From positions 1 to 64,000 of the IMG/VR virus record IMGVR_UViG_3300032289_001431: a DNA stretch of 64,000 bases; one strand, written 5' to 3'. The notes beneath the pieces were generated by a model that was not told the origin of the DNA, ran no database searches, and was given only the letters and a program-made list of their open reading frames with translations. This document shows, piece after piece, positions 49,218-58,319 of this stretch (position 1 is its first letter; each line of letters starts with the position of its first letter). Both the position numbers and the translations under genes were made by a program. Source of the DNA: a virus.

Positions 49218-49757
49218 TTAAGTTAATCTCCAATATTGATAAGCGATAGTAGCTTGTTGTTCAAGAACTTCACCAGCGGATGTAAGATTAACCGTTAAAT
49301 CGCCAACAGCTTGACAATATGCACCATACAATGTGTAAATTCTGAGAGGAGTACCAGCTTTATCTAAAAGGGCTAATACGATTTGACCTTGAACACCTTT
49401 ATTTGGTATGCTGTACGCACCTGTGCTAGTACGATCATCAAAAACATATTTCGTCCAATCTTCAAATTTAGCACGAACCGAAAGATTAGAAGGAACTCTA
49501 AATGTAATTTGCCATCCAGCACTATTTGGATAATTTGCAGTTCCGGGAACGTTGAATGAAAGTCCCATGAAAGGAACCGGAACGTTTGTGATCGCTCTAC
49601 CCGGTATAGTTGTTGATGTTACATAAAGTAACTCTTGTTGTGAAAAGTTTGTACCTCCAAGAGCAAGAACTCTGAAAAGATTTTGACGAGCAAAATCGTT
49701 AACAATAGCTGTGTCGTAGAAGTTTTCTATACCTTGTGTGTCGAATAATCCTGCCAT
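49218..49757 (-). CDS. gp19: Tail tube protein gp19
   Basis: ARQNLFRV, IPGR.I..V.VPF.G, W.ITF, FE.W, LD..G and YQYW motifs; follows gp18; GATAAATA upstream (49769-49776). Confidence 0.9.
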   Translation of the reverse strand: MAGLFDTQGIENFYDTAIVNDFARQNLFRVLALGGTNFSQQELLYVTSTTIPGRAITNVPVPFMGLSFNVPGTANYPNSAGWQITFRVPSNLSVRAKFEDWTKYVFDDRTSTGAYSIPNKGVQGQIVLALLDKAGTPLRIYTLYGAYCQAVGDLTVNLTSAGEVLEQQATIAYQYWRLT

Positions 49758-49809
49758 AATTGTATTAATATTTATCCCTGTGAGTATGCATTAATTTATA
49801 TTTTTTAAA

Positions 49810-52329
49810 TTATGCTTGTCCTCCAGAAATTAATTCTGTAAAATTAACACCAGTTCTTGTTGCTATAAAGTCAGCTAAAATAAATTCAGCGGCTCTTACA
49901 GGTTGAATGTAAATTGAAATTTTCAATTCATTATTATCAATAACGTCAGGTGTATTGTTTGTTGTGTCGCAAACTAAAAGATAATCATAACAACCTTCAT
50001 TAAGTCTGGCTTGATCGAAGATTGGCGTTAATGCACCTTTCAAACGATTTCTGGTTGCAAAACTATTTGGTTCAAACACATAGTATTTTAAAAGTCTTTG
50101 TGTTTCTTTTTCTAATGTTAAGAATAATTTACGAACATTAATTCTATCAAAAGCTGAAGGCTTACGATACATTGTTTTTTGACCATAGATTACAAAACCA
50201 TCTTGATTAAAGAATGCAATTGGGTTTACATTTATTTTATAAAGTAAATCTCTTTGTTTTTGTGTTGGATTTACACCAATATCTAAAACATTTACCAACG
50301 ATCCTCTGGTGAATCCAGCAGGTGCTATCCAAGGATATGCTTGTTGTGCAGTTTTTGCCATTACAGCAGCAGCATAACCAGAAGAAGGAATCCATACTGG
50401 TGTGCTCGTAAACACATCATTGAATTGAATCCAGTTGCCATATGTCGCAACATAACTGCTTTGAATGCTATTGTAAATATTGTTCAAAGGCCAGTATATT
50501 TGATTTGAAAAGTTATAATCTTTTCTAGAACTCATTTTACGATTGCTTCCTCTTACGAAGATTTGTCTAAGTGGATCAGATATGAAAACGTGATCTTTTC
50601 TTGCGTCTGCAAATGCGACAAATTGTGATGTAATTGCACTATAAGCATCATAAGTCACACCAGTAGGAACCGTGTTAACTTGGGTATTTGATATACCACT
50701 CGTATAATCAATATCATATGGTGTATATGTCTCATCATAAGTATAAGTTCCATCGCTTATAATAGATGGGTCTAAAGATTTAGCCTTTGCGCCAGCCCAA
50801 ATTGTCGATAATCCAGCATCAGCAATAATATCAATATTTGTTGTATCATCGTTCGAAAGAATTGTTAAAAGTCTTGCAAGTTTTCTATCAACTTGTCCCA
50901 ATTCTTGGGTATTGTTTAAACCCGTAACGTTCAAATAAACACCAGTTGAGTGAGCATTTCTTGCTTCTTCTTTAAGTCTTACTGTTTTGGTTGGTAATCC
51001 ATTCGAATTTACCCAATCAGTGGCTGATGATATATAAGGATTCGTAATAACTTTTAAGTTAGGAGATTTATTATTAACTACATTATCCAAGAAGAATGAA
51101 ACTGGAGTTCCGCCATATATATTATTTTGTGTTCTGTTTGCATTAAGCGAACCAGTGTATACTTCAGATACACCATAATCTAAGATAATAGTATCTTGAC
51201 CATATTGTGTTGATCTGAGATTGAATAACATTACTACTAAACTATCATCAAATGAATTTGATGAAAAATCATATCCAGCTGGATAATTTTCAATTATCTT
51301 TGAAATGCTATCTCTACCAAAAGCTGTTGCGGCTTGAGTTAAAGAGAAGTTAAGTCTTGATGTTGGGATTTGAACAAAAGTTTGTAAATCATCATTATTA
51401 CCATGTACAGATTTAATACCTCTAATAGCATTGAATGTAGTTGTTGGGTTATGATTTGAATTGTCATTAACTGCTACGTAATATCCTTCATAAAGATTAT
51501 TAATAGCGGTTTTTGATGTATTTATAATAATCAAACCAGCATTACCGATATCATTAGCATCGTTAATAGGTTGATTTGGAACTGGATTCCAGTTAATATT
51601 ATTTGTAACAATATCATTATATTGATCATCAGATAAAAGAACCGATACGGGTGTACCTAATTGATAAGAAGTACTTGTAGCATAAGCACCATTACCACCC
51701 GAATAACCAACAACTCCAATTTCTATATTATTTATATTAGCAGGTGTAACAGGAGTACCACCTATTAATTCAACATTTGGCAGTTGGATATAACCACGAC
51801 CAGCATCGTCAATGACAATTTCTGTTATAACGCCACTCTCATTTATTACAGCATGTGCTTTAGCTGGAAATTCAGGTTCAATACCGTTTTCACCACCACC
51901 TTGAATAGAAACGTCAGGTGCTACTACGTAACCTGCACCATAATCATCTAATTCTATTTTTGTAAGACCCGTAATAGCAGGATTAAGTGTTGTTGTAGTT
52001 TCGATTGAATATGCTAATGCGCTATATGAATTTGCATATCCTTCACCAGCACCAGAACCATATGGCATTCTGGAAACTAAAAGATTTGCAGGAGATTGAT
52101 TTAAAATTTGTTTAGCACTATAATATAAATATCTTTCTGCTGCATTTGTGGGTGTTCCGTAAATGCTTTCAAATTCAGAAATACTTCCAATGTTCACTAA
52201 ATCTTCGGTTGGACCTTGTGGTGAAAATCCAGTTATAAGTATATCAGTAGCTCCAAGTGGTCTAGTTGTAAGACTAAGATCAACTTCATTAATTTGAACT
52301 CCCGGTGATGTTATGGTTAAAGTAGACAT
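49810..52329 (-). CDS. gp18: Tail sheath protein gp18
   Basis: SPGVQI.E.DL, GP, PW.APAG..RG, QRD.LY...VNPI, GQKT, SAFDRINVR.LF, FEPN and VCD.TNNT motifs. Confidence 0.96.
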   Translation of the reverse strand: MSTLTITSPGVQINEVDLSLTTRPLGATDILITGFSPQGPTEDLVNIGSISEFESIYGTPTNAAERYLYYSAKQILNQSPANLLVSRMPYGSGAGEGYANSYSALAYSIETTTTLNPAITGLTKIELDDYGAGYVVAPDVSIQGGGENGIEPEFPAKAHAVINESGVITEIVIDDAGRGYIQLPNVELIGGTPVTPANINNIEIGVVGYSGGNGAYATSTSYQLGTPVSVLLSDDQYNDIVTNNINWNPVPNQPINDANDIGNAGLIIINTSKTAINNLYEGYYVAVNDNSNHNPTTTFNAIRGIKSVHGNNDDLQTFVQIPTSRLNFSLTQAATAFGRDSISKIIENYPAGYDFSSNSFDDSLVVMLFNLRSTQYGQDTIILDYGVSEVYTGSLNANRTQNNIYGGTPVSFFLDNVVNNKSPNLKVITNPYISSATDWVNSNGLPTKTVRLKEEARNAHSTGVYLNVTGLNNTQELGQVDRKLARLLTILSNDDTTNIDIIADAGLSTIWAGAKAKSLDPSIISDGTYTYDETYTPYDIDYTSGISNTQVNTVPTGVTYDAYSAITSQFVAFADARKDHVFISDPLRQIFVRGSNRKMSSRKDYNFSNQIYWPLNNIYNSIQSSYVATYGNWIQFNDVFTSTPVWIPSSGYAAAVMAKTAQQAYPWIAPAGFTRGSLVNVLDIGVNPTQKQRDLLYKINVNPIAFFNQDGFVIYGQKTMYRKPSAFDRINVRKLFLTLEKETQRLLKYYVFEPNSFATRNRLKGALTPIFDQARLNEGCYDYLLVCDTTNNTPDVIDNNELKISIYIQPVRAAEFILADFIATRTGVNFTELISGGQA

Positions 52330-52341
52330 ATTTTCTAATAC

Positions 52342-52402
52342 TATTTACCTTTATTTTTTACCATTTTTAAGTTTTTTATTTTATGATCATCTAGAATAAG
52401 TA
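52342..52402. promoter_or_regulatory. Divergent late promoters for gp18 (-) and the 52408 ORF (+)
   Basis: GGTAAATA on - (52342-52349); AATAAGTA on + (52395-52402). Confidence 0.6.
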
Positions 52403-52407
52403 ATAAT

Positions 52408-52683
52408 ATGAACAAATATGATATATTAGTATCTAACTTATTGAATGAAGCCAATTGTACAAAAGTAACAGGAAAAACATCTTCCACATCAAAAGGTAAG
52501 AAATGGATGAAGTGTGTTAAAAACCCTAAAGGCGGATATAAAAGAATTCATTGGGGTCAAAAGGGAGTAAGAGTTACAGGTAAATCTGGAAATACAAAAC
52601 GTAAAAAATCTTTCAGAGCAAGACATAAATGTTCTTCAGCAAAACCCGGAACACCAAGATATCAAGCTTGTAAAGATTGGTAA
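52408..52683 (+). CDS. Small basic conserved T4-like phage protein (KSFRARHKC type) with leader
   Basis: KK..CVK, V..GQ.G and RKKSFRARH.C...YQAC..W motifs; MNKYDILVSNLLNE leader. Confidence 0.7.
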   Translation: MNKYDILVSNLLNEANCTKVTGKTSSTSKGKKWMKCVKNPKGGYKRIHWGQKGVRVTGKSGNTKRKKSFRARHKCSSAKPGTPRYQACKDW

Positions 52684-52704
52684 ACCACGATAAGTAATAA
52701 TGTA

Positions 52705-53127
52705 ATGAATAAATTTGATAACATTTTAAAAGATTATTTAAAAGAAGAAAACACTGCTACTAAAGTGTTTACATCACCACAGTTTCAAGATGTTATAGGA
52801 AGAACTTTAAAACAAGCAGGACCACTCGGTGATAGCGTTAAAGCATTGGGTGCAACTTTATTGGGCGATCCACACGTTCAAGACTTTAATAGATTACTAG
52901 ATCCTAAAAATACCGATTTTAAAACTGTAGATGATTTTTTAAAAAAATATCCAGATTTAACAACAAGATTTACCGAATTAGGATTATATACTGTTCCAAA
53001 AAAACCAGAAGTTAGTACTAATAATGATGACAATAATAACACAAACACCAATCAAAATGTAAAAAAACCAAATGAAACACAATCTACATCGACATTACAA
53101 GGTGTAGATTCTATGCAAGGGGTTTGA
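52705..53127 (+). CDS. Hypothetical late protein with leader motif
   Basis: MNKFDNILKDYLKEE leader; GATAAGTA at 52689-52696. Confidence 0.65.
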   Translation: MNKFDNILKDYLKEENTATKVFTSPQFQDVIGRTLKQAGPLGDSVKALGATLLGDPHVQDFNRLLDPKNTDFKTVDDFLKKYPDLTTRFTELGLYTVPKKPEVSTNNDDNNNTNTNQNVKKPNETQSTSTLQGVDSMQGV

Positions 53128-53136
53128 TTGTGATTT

Positions 53137-53988
53137 ATGAGTAAAAAGAAACGTCCTATTAAAAATACAAATAAATTACAATCAAAAAAAATTCGTAATG
53201 TAAATTCATTAGATGATGGTGGAAAACAAAATGATAATTCGCCTTATGTTTTTCAAAGAGATAAAATTTCTTTTGATTTAACAATTAAAAATTTACCTTG
53301 GTCTGAAAAACAAAAAGAAATTATATCAAAATTTTTAGATAAAAATACAAAAGTTCTCTTCCTTAAAGGACCAGCAGGTACAAGTAAAACAACACTTGCA
53401 ATGTATTGTGGATTAACTCTACTTAATATGAAAAGAGTTTCTGATATGGTTCTTGTAAGGTCAGCGGTTGAATCGTCTGATTCTAAATTAGGATTTTTAC
53501 CGGGAACTCTTGATGAAAAAATTGCAGTATATCTTACGCCTTTTCATGATAAATTTGAAGAATTGCTTTGTTATGCTCAATTAGACAAACTTCAAAAAGA
53601 TAATCGTTTAACTATATGTCCAATAAATTTTGCAAGAGGATTACATTTTTCTGCAAAATTTGTATGTGCGGATGAAGTTCAAAATTTTTCTAAAAAGGAA
53701 ATTCACACGTTAATGAGTCGTATTGGTGAATTTTCAAAAGTGTTTTTATGCGGAGATCCAGATCAATCGGATCTCCCATATGGAAAATCAGGGTTTACTA
53801 AAGTTTTTGATTTGTTTAATACAGATGAAGCAAAAGCACAGGGTATTTTTTGTATGGAATTAACAGAAGATGATATTGTTCGTTCTGAACTCTGTAGATT
53901 CATTACACACAAATTTAAAGAATTATATGTTTCAGAACAACCTAAACATGATAATAAAGATAATTGGAAACCATCAGAAGGTAAGTAA
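53137..53988 (+). CDS. phoH: PhoH-family ATPase
   Basis: GPAGTSKT, RSAVE, LGFLPG...EK, RG, DEVQN, R.GE.SK, GD..QSD and DIVRS motifs. Confidence 0.93.
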   Translation: MSKKKRPIKNTNKLQSKKIRNVNSLDDGGKQNDNSPYVFQRDKISFDLTIKNLPWSEKQKEIISKFLDKNTKVLFLKGPAGTSKTTLAMYCGLTLLNMKRVSDMVLVRSAVESSDSKLGFLPGTLDEKIAVYLTPFHDKFEELLCYAQLDKLQKDNRLTICPINFARGLHFSAKFVCADEVQNFSKKEIHTLMSRIGEFSKVFLCGDPDQSDLPYGKSGFTKVFDLFNTDEAKAQGIFCMELTEDDIVRSELCRFITHKFKELYVSEQPKHDNKDNWKPSEGK

Positions 53989-53997
53989 GTATATATT

Positions 53998-54180
53998 ATG
54001 AATAATACTCCGCAATATCAAACATTAGAAAATCGTCCAATTGCTTGTAATTTTTGTGGTGCCACGGTACAAGGAAGAATAACTGAAAAGAAAAATCCTA
54101 AAACACAAGAAGTAGTTAAAGAATGTCGTTGGACATGCAGCCGTTGTAATAATTTATCTAAAATTGGAAACGTAAAATAA
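53998..54180 (+). CDS. Small zinc-ribbon protein
   Basis: CNFC...CSRC; AGTAAGTA 6 nt upstream. Confidence 0.65.
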   Translation: MNNTPQYQTLENRPIACNFCGATVQGRITEKKNPKTQEVVKECRWTCSRCNNLSKIGNVK

Positions 54181-54690
54181 ATGGATTTTACAAAGCTAGT
54201 TGAAGAAATCTACAACGGTGGGGGTGGTAACTATCCTGCGTATAATTCACCAGCAAGAAAAGATTTTGCACCCATGTCTGGGTCTAAAACCGGAAGCTAT
54301 GACTATCCTTATCAAAATAGTGGAACAGCTGGTGATTTAACAACGCCAGATCCCGATAGTATTGTAAATTTCCCATGGCCTTTGCAAACCGTAACTACCG
54401 ATTTTGCAGATAGTTTTGTGTTATTGATGACAGGTATCAGTAAAATGTCACAATGTATAAAACAAAACCCATCATTACAAAAAACAACTAAACATGATTT
54501 AATTGAATTGTTTAAAAAATCAAAACAAGCATTAGCTATAATAAAAGAAGTTGGATTGTCTTTGGAAAAACTTAACATGTCAGGTCCACAACCTAGTCAA
54601 AATCCTATACCAAACACTCCAGATCAAAGAATTAACCCATCAAGTATTCCAAATATTAATACAACAGTTGTTATAAAATTACCAACATAA
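54181..54690 (+). CDS. Hypothetical protein
   Basis: 169-aa ORF abutting the previous stop codon. Confidence 0.65.
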   Translation: MDFTKLVEEIYNGGGGNYPAYNSPARKDFAPMSGSKTGSYDYPYQNSGTAGDLTTPDPDSIVNFPWPLQTVTTDFADSFVLLMTGISKMSQCIKQNPSLQKTTKHDLIELFKKSKQALAIIKEVGLSLEKLNMSGPQPSQNPIPNTPDQRINPSSIPNINTTVVIKLPT

Positions 54691-54696
54691 AATATA

Positions 54697-54725
54697 TTGA
54701 CATGTTATTTTTGTTATGTTATATT
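54697..54725 (+). promoter_or_regulatory. Sigma70-type promoter
   Basis: TTGACA-17-TATATT with TGn extension; ATG 7 nt downstream. Confidence 0.7.
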
Positions 54726-54732
54726 CTTATAA

Positions 54733-55155
54733 ATGGAAAAGAATAATTTAAAAAATATTATTAAATCCACTTCGATAGTAATAATAATATCAGCTATCGG
54801 TGCTTTAGGATTATATTTATTTAATATAAATTTTTGGGCATCGTTTTTATTATTGTTTGTATTGCAATACGTTGTTTTTTCTTTTGTAAGCAGCACTATA
54901 AATAATTTTTATATACAAAAAACAAGACAAAAAGAACTTGATACTCTTGAACCATTATCAACATTTTTAGAATGTGCATATTGCAAAAATGTCAATCTGA
55001 TGACATTTTTACCAGATCAAACTGAACGAATAGAGTTTGAATGTGTAAAATGTAATAAAAAAAACCTAGTGAATATTTCTTTTAACGTTGCAAGATTAAC
55101 AGAATCTGTTAATATTCCTGATATAGCTAGAATACCTTTAATTGATGAAAAATAA
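54733..55155 (+). CDS. Membrane protein with C-terminal zinc ribbon
   Basis: Two TM helices followed by CAYC-x17-CVKC. Confidence 0.7.
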   Translation: MEKNNLKNIIKSTSIVIIISAIGALGLYLFNINFWASFLLLFVLQYVVFSFVSSTINNFYIQKTRQKELDTLEPLSTFLECAYCKNVNLMTFLPDQTERIEFECVKCNKKNLVNISFNVARLTESVNIPDIARIPLIDEK

Positions 55156-55441
55156 TAATAAAAATTGGAAAGTAATTCACGAAGAATCATCCAGATGGGC
55201 TAGATGGATTTCTCTTTATGAAGCAGTTAATTGTATTGCCGACAAAGCGGAAGAAAAAAAAATACCATTTTCTAAAATAGATTTGCCACCTTTGGCTATA
55301 ATGAAATATATAAATTCAACAGAAAATTTAATACTTAGAAAACTTTTAAAAAATGAATATAATATAGATATTTGTTTTGATGGTGATGATGAACAAACAA
55401 TGTATAATTCTACATTACCAAAATTTAATGAAGATTTTTAA
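55142..55441 (+). CDS. Hypothetical protein
   Basis: 99-aa ORF in operon. Confidence 0.6.
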   Translation: MMKNNNKNWKVIHEESSRWARWISLYEAVNCIADKAEEKKIPFSKIDLPPLAIMKYINSTENLILRKLLKNEYNIDICFDGDDEQTMYNSTLPKFNEDF

Positions 55442-56067
55442 TATTCACCGTAAATACTTGTATTACTACATGGATTTTCTTGTGGGTAATTAAAGTTAGA
55501 ATCCGCAAGTTGTTCTAATTTATCGTTGTCGTTATTTGGAGTATTACCAATACCAGATCCGGGAGATCCATTTTCGAAACTGTATTCGTAGCGTCTCGCT
55601 TTGAAAAACCATACATAGTGACCACCTAAAGCGTTTAATTGAAATTCATCTATAACTTCCGTTAATTCATAAACAGTTGCGCCTCTTTTTGGATAATTGA
55701 TACGATCACTGCCAAATTCTTTCAACATCATTAAATCACCAGCTTTTGGTTCAGAAGAAAGACCATAAATTTTTGTAAAATGTTTTGGATGTATAACACC
55801 ACTCATATCACTATCAGCTATAATTCCAAATTTAGAAAGAAGATATGAATCATTAGTGACATTCAACAATACAATCATGTCTTTGCCTTGCCCAAAACCA
55901 GCATCCGGTTGTTCACCATATAGAACATTAATACCCGATAAATTGGTTTGATTGTTGTAATATAAAACATCTTGACCATAAATGTTAATTTGTTCATACC
56001 ACCATCCATCAAAATTGGATCTTTCGTTAGCGTTATAACCTTTGTTTAAAAATCTTAGCTGTTCCAT
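55438..56067 (-). CDS. gp14: Neck protein gp14-like
   Basis: E.I..YG.DV.Y, LSKFG...D, PKAGDL, YE...V and YEYS motifs. Confidence 0.75.
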   Translation of the reverse strand: MEQLRFLNKGYNANERSNFDGWWYEQINIYGQDVLYYNNQTNLSGINVLYGEQPDAGFGQGKDMIVLLNVTNDSYLLSKFGIIADSDMSGVIHPKHFTKIYGLSSEPKAGDLMMLKEFGSDRINYPKRGATVYELTEVIDEFQLNALGGHYVWFFKARRYEYSFENGSPGSGIGNTPNNDNDKLEQLADSNFNYPQENPCSNTSIYGEY

Positions 56068-56479
56068 GTTTTCCTCCTTTGTGTGTATATACTAAACAAT
56101 AAACAGATTTTACCAAAGAATTGTTTGGTTTTATCATTTGTAAACTAACACCAGTTTGTTTTATTGCTTTTAATGGTTCTTCGTGAGTAGGACAGATTTT
56201 AAATTTTGACATTATTTCATTGGCTTCCAATTCACCCAAACCGACATTTTTTTTCGTTTTCATACAAAGATCTATTTTAGGGTGAAGTGTTTTTTTAGGT
56301 TGTGATTGCGATTTAGCAACAAGATTATATTTTTGTCTATCATCCATGTTAATCACTCTACGTAAACGTTTGTGATGTTCGTTACCAGTATTGATACCAG
56401 ATTTTAAATGTTTTTTCTCGCCACCACTTAATTCTGGGCCATTTAAAAATTCTTTTAAAAAATATTCTTTGAATTTCAC
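56033..56479 (-). CDS. Hypothetical late protein (MKFKEYFLKE leader)
   Basis: GTG at 56479 lies 5 nt after TGTAAGTA (56485-56492). Confidence 0.6.
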   Translation of the reverse strand: MKFKEYFLKEFLNGPELSGGEKKHLKSGINTGNEHHKRLRRVINMDDRQKYNLVAKSQSQPKKTLHPKIDLCMKTKKNVGLGELEANEIMSKFKICPTHEEPLKAIKQTGVSLQMIKPNNSLVKSVYCLVYTHKGGKHGTAKIFKQRL

Positions 56480-56494
56480 AACTATACTTACAAT

Positions 56495-56520
56495 AAAAAA
56501 CCCCACAGAAAGTGGGGTTT
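56495..56520 (-). terminator. Intrinsic terminator after the acidic protein gene
   Basis: AAACCCCAC-AGAAA-GTGGGGTTT stem-loop followed by a U-run on the minus strand. Confidence 0.8.
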
Positions 56521-56546
56521 CTTATTATACCAATTGGTAGAAGTTA

Positions 56547-57407
56547 TTAGTCTTGATCGAAGTGGGATTTACCAACTTTATCAACAGATCCAACGAGTTG
56601 CTTTTTGCTTTGTAATTTAGATATAGCACCTGATGTTGAGTGTGCTGTTAATTTACCAGAAAAACCCTTACCAGTGGATGGTGTTACGGCTTTCTTTTTT
56701 GTTACGGGAACTGCACCTTGAACTGTCATTTTTTTCTTTCCAATAAGTGTTTTTCCTTTTTCGGTGCTGAGTTCCGACATATCAGTGGCTTCACCGAAAG
56801 GCATTGCTCCGCTTTGTGACTCTTCTTCTTCACCTTCTTCTGAATCACCAAATGCGTTTTCATCTTCTTCACCTTCGGATTCTTCACCCTCATATTCTTC
56901 TTCGCTTTCACCACCAAGAATATCACCAAGAACAGAATAAAGTGCTTCAGCTACTTCACGATCAAGCGTAAATGATACTTGATCTTCACTCTCTTCGCTT
57001 TCTTCACCTTCAGTTTCACCGAATTCATCGGATTCTTCACTTTCAGATGGTTCAAATGTGCTATCTTCTGGATTTTCAGTATCTGTTGAAAAATCCATAA
57101 TACCTTCTTCTGAGATTATTTTATTAAAAAGTGTATCAAAAGGATTTACCGAATCATTAAGTTTTTTAGGAGTTCCATCGTTTTGTTTACTAGCTGTTAA
57201 ATGTCCTTCAGCTTCTTTTGGATTTTCAACATCTTCAGTTCCTTCGGAATCTTCCGGTCCTGTGTTTTTTTGGAATGTTGTTGCGTTTTTATCATCATGT
57301 CCAAAACTTTGCCCAATTTTGAGGTCAGTTTTGACTGTGCCTGATGATTGTAATTCGGCAACTGATTCGTTGACGATTTTTAAGTATGCGTTTGCTAATG
57401 GGTCCAT
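56547..57407 (-). CDS. Highly acidic protein, possible prohead core/internal head protein
   Basis: Glu-rich tracts and a basic C-terminus; monocistronic between AGTAAATA (57420-57427) and a terminator. Confidence 0.6.
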   Translation of the reverse strand: MDPLANAYLKIVNESVAELQSSGTVKTDLKIGQSFGHDDKNATTFQKNTGPEDSEGTEDVENPKEAEGHLTASKQNDGTPKKLNDSVNPFDTLFNKIISEEGIMDFSTDTENPEDSTFEPSESEESDEFGETEGEESEESEDQVSFTLDREVAEALYSVLGDILGGESEEEYEGEESEGEEDENAFGDSEEGEEEESQSGAMPFGEATDMSELSTEKGKTLIGKKKMTVQGAVPVTKKKAVTPSTGKGFSGKLTAHSTSGAISKLQSKKQLVGSVDKVGKSHFDQD

Positions 57408-57461
57408 ATGTTGTAATAATATTTACTCTTGTGTTATTCCATTTCTATACTTTTTTTTATT

Positions 57462-58319
57462 TTACTTTATATTGTTTAAAATGATCTGAGCTTCTTTTTT
57501 TAAATTAAGAGCAGGTATTAGTTTATAATTGTCTAATCCAGCAACCCACACAACGTGTGATTCTTCTATTTCAAATGGAGAATTTTTTTCAAATAATAAA
57601 CGATATAACCAAAGTTGTAAACTATATTTGATTAATTCACAATTTTGCAAATGAGTAAATGGTTCATTTAAAGTATCACCTCTTGGGTTTTCTAATTTAA
57701 TTTCTTTATTTGTTTTATAATCAAATATTGATAGTTTTTTTGTTTTTTTATTATATGATAAATTATCAAGCGTTCCACATAAACCAGTTTCAACATCACC
57801 GATTACAAATTCAGATTTTATTAAAACGTGATCTTGTTTCCACCATTCATAAAAATTTAAAAAATTATTGATAAGATGTGCCATTTCATTGTAATATAAA
57901 TCAATATCTTTTTGCTCAAATATATTTTTACTTTTTGCAAGAAAATTAATAAACGCTTCTTTATCTAAAGTAATTTTCCTTCGTTCCAAGAAATTTTCCA
58001 CAAATAAATGAAATTCTGATCCCTTATGGCAAGAATAGTCTCTTTTATAATCCCATTCTTTAAGAACCTCATTTATAGTTTGGCCGTTTTTCTTAGCAAC
58101 AAAACCAGCTACTTTTTCAGTTTCAAATGGCTTTTCATATTTTTTAATTGCACCTGATACCGATATTTTTGCAGGTTGATTGTTAATTGTATATTTATGG
58201 TTTTTTGCAAAAAATTTAATGTTTGCAAAACATTCATCTAAACATACTAAAGAATCAAAATTAAGCTTTTCCAAATCCAATAATTCGATCTGATTCTCCT
58301 TTTTTGTTTTTGTTTCCAT
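57462..58319 (-). CDS. PD-(D/E)XK Cas4/RecB-like exonuclease
   Basis: ISVS, G...H...E, SE, GTLD, IFDYKT and YSLQL..Y motifs. Confidence 0.85.
   Translation of the reverse strand: METKTKKENQIELLDLEKLNFDSLVCLDECFANIKFFAKNHKYTINNQPAKISVSGAIKKYEKPFETEKVAGFVAKKNGQTINEVLKEWDYKRDYSCHKGSEFHLFVENFLERRKITLDKEAFINFLAKSKNIFEQKDIDLYYNEMAHLINNFLNFYEWWKQDHVLIKSEFVIGDVETGLCGTLDNLSYNKKTKKLSIFDYKTNKEIKLENPRGDTLNEPFTHLQNCELIKYSLQLWLYRLLFEKNSPFEIEESHVVWVAGLDNYKLIPALNLKKEAQIILNNIK

Noticed and set aside
57462-58319. CRISPR-Cas system based on the Cas4-like gene
   Set aside because: Stand-alone PD-(D/E)XK nucleases are common in phages, and there are no other cas genes or arrays.
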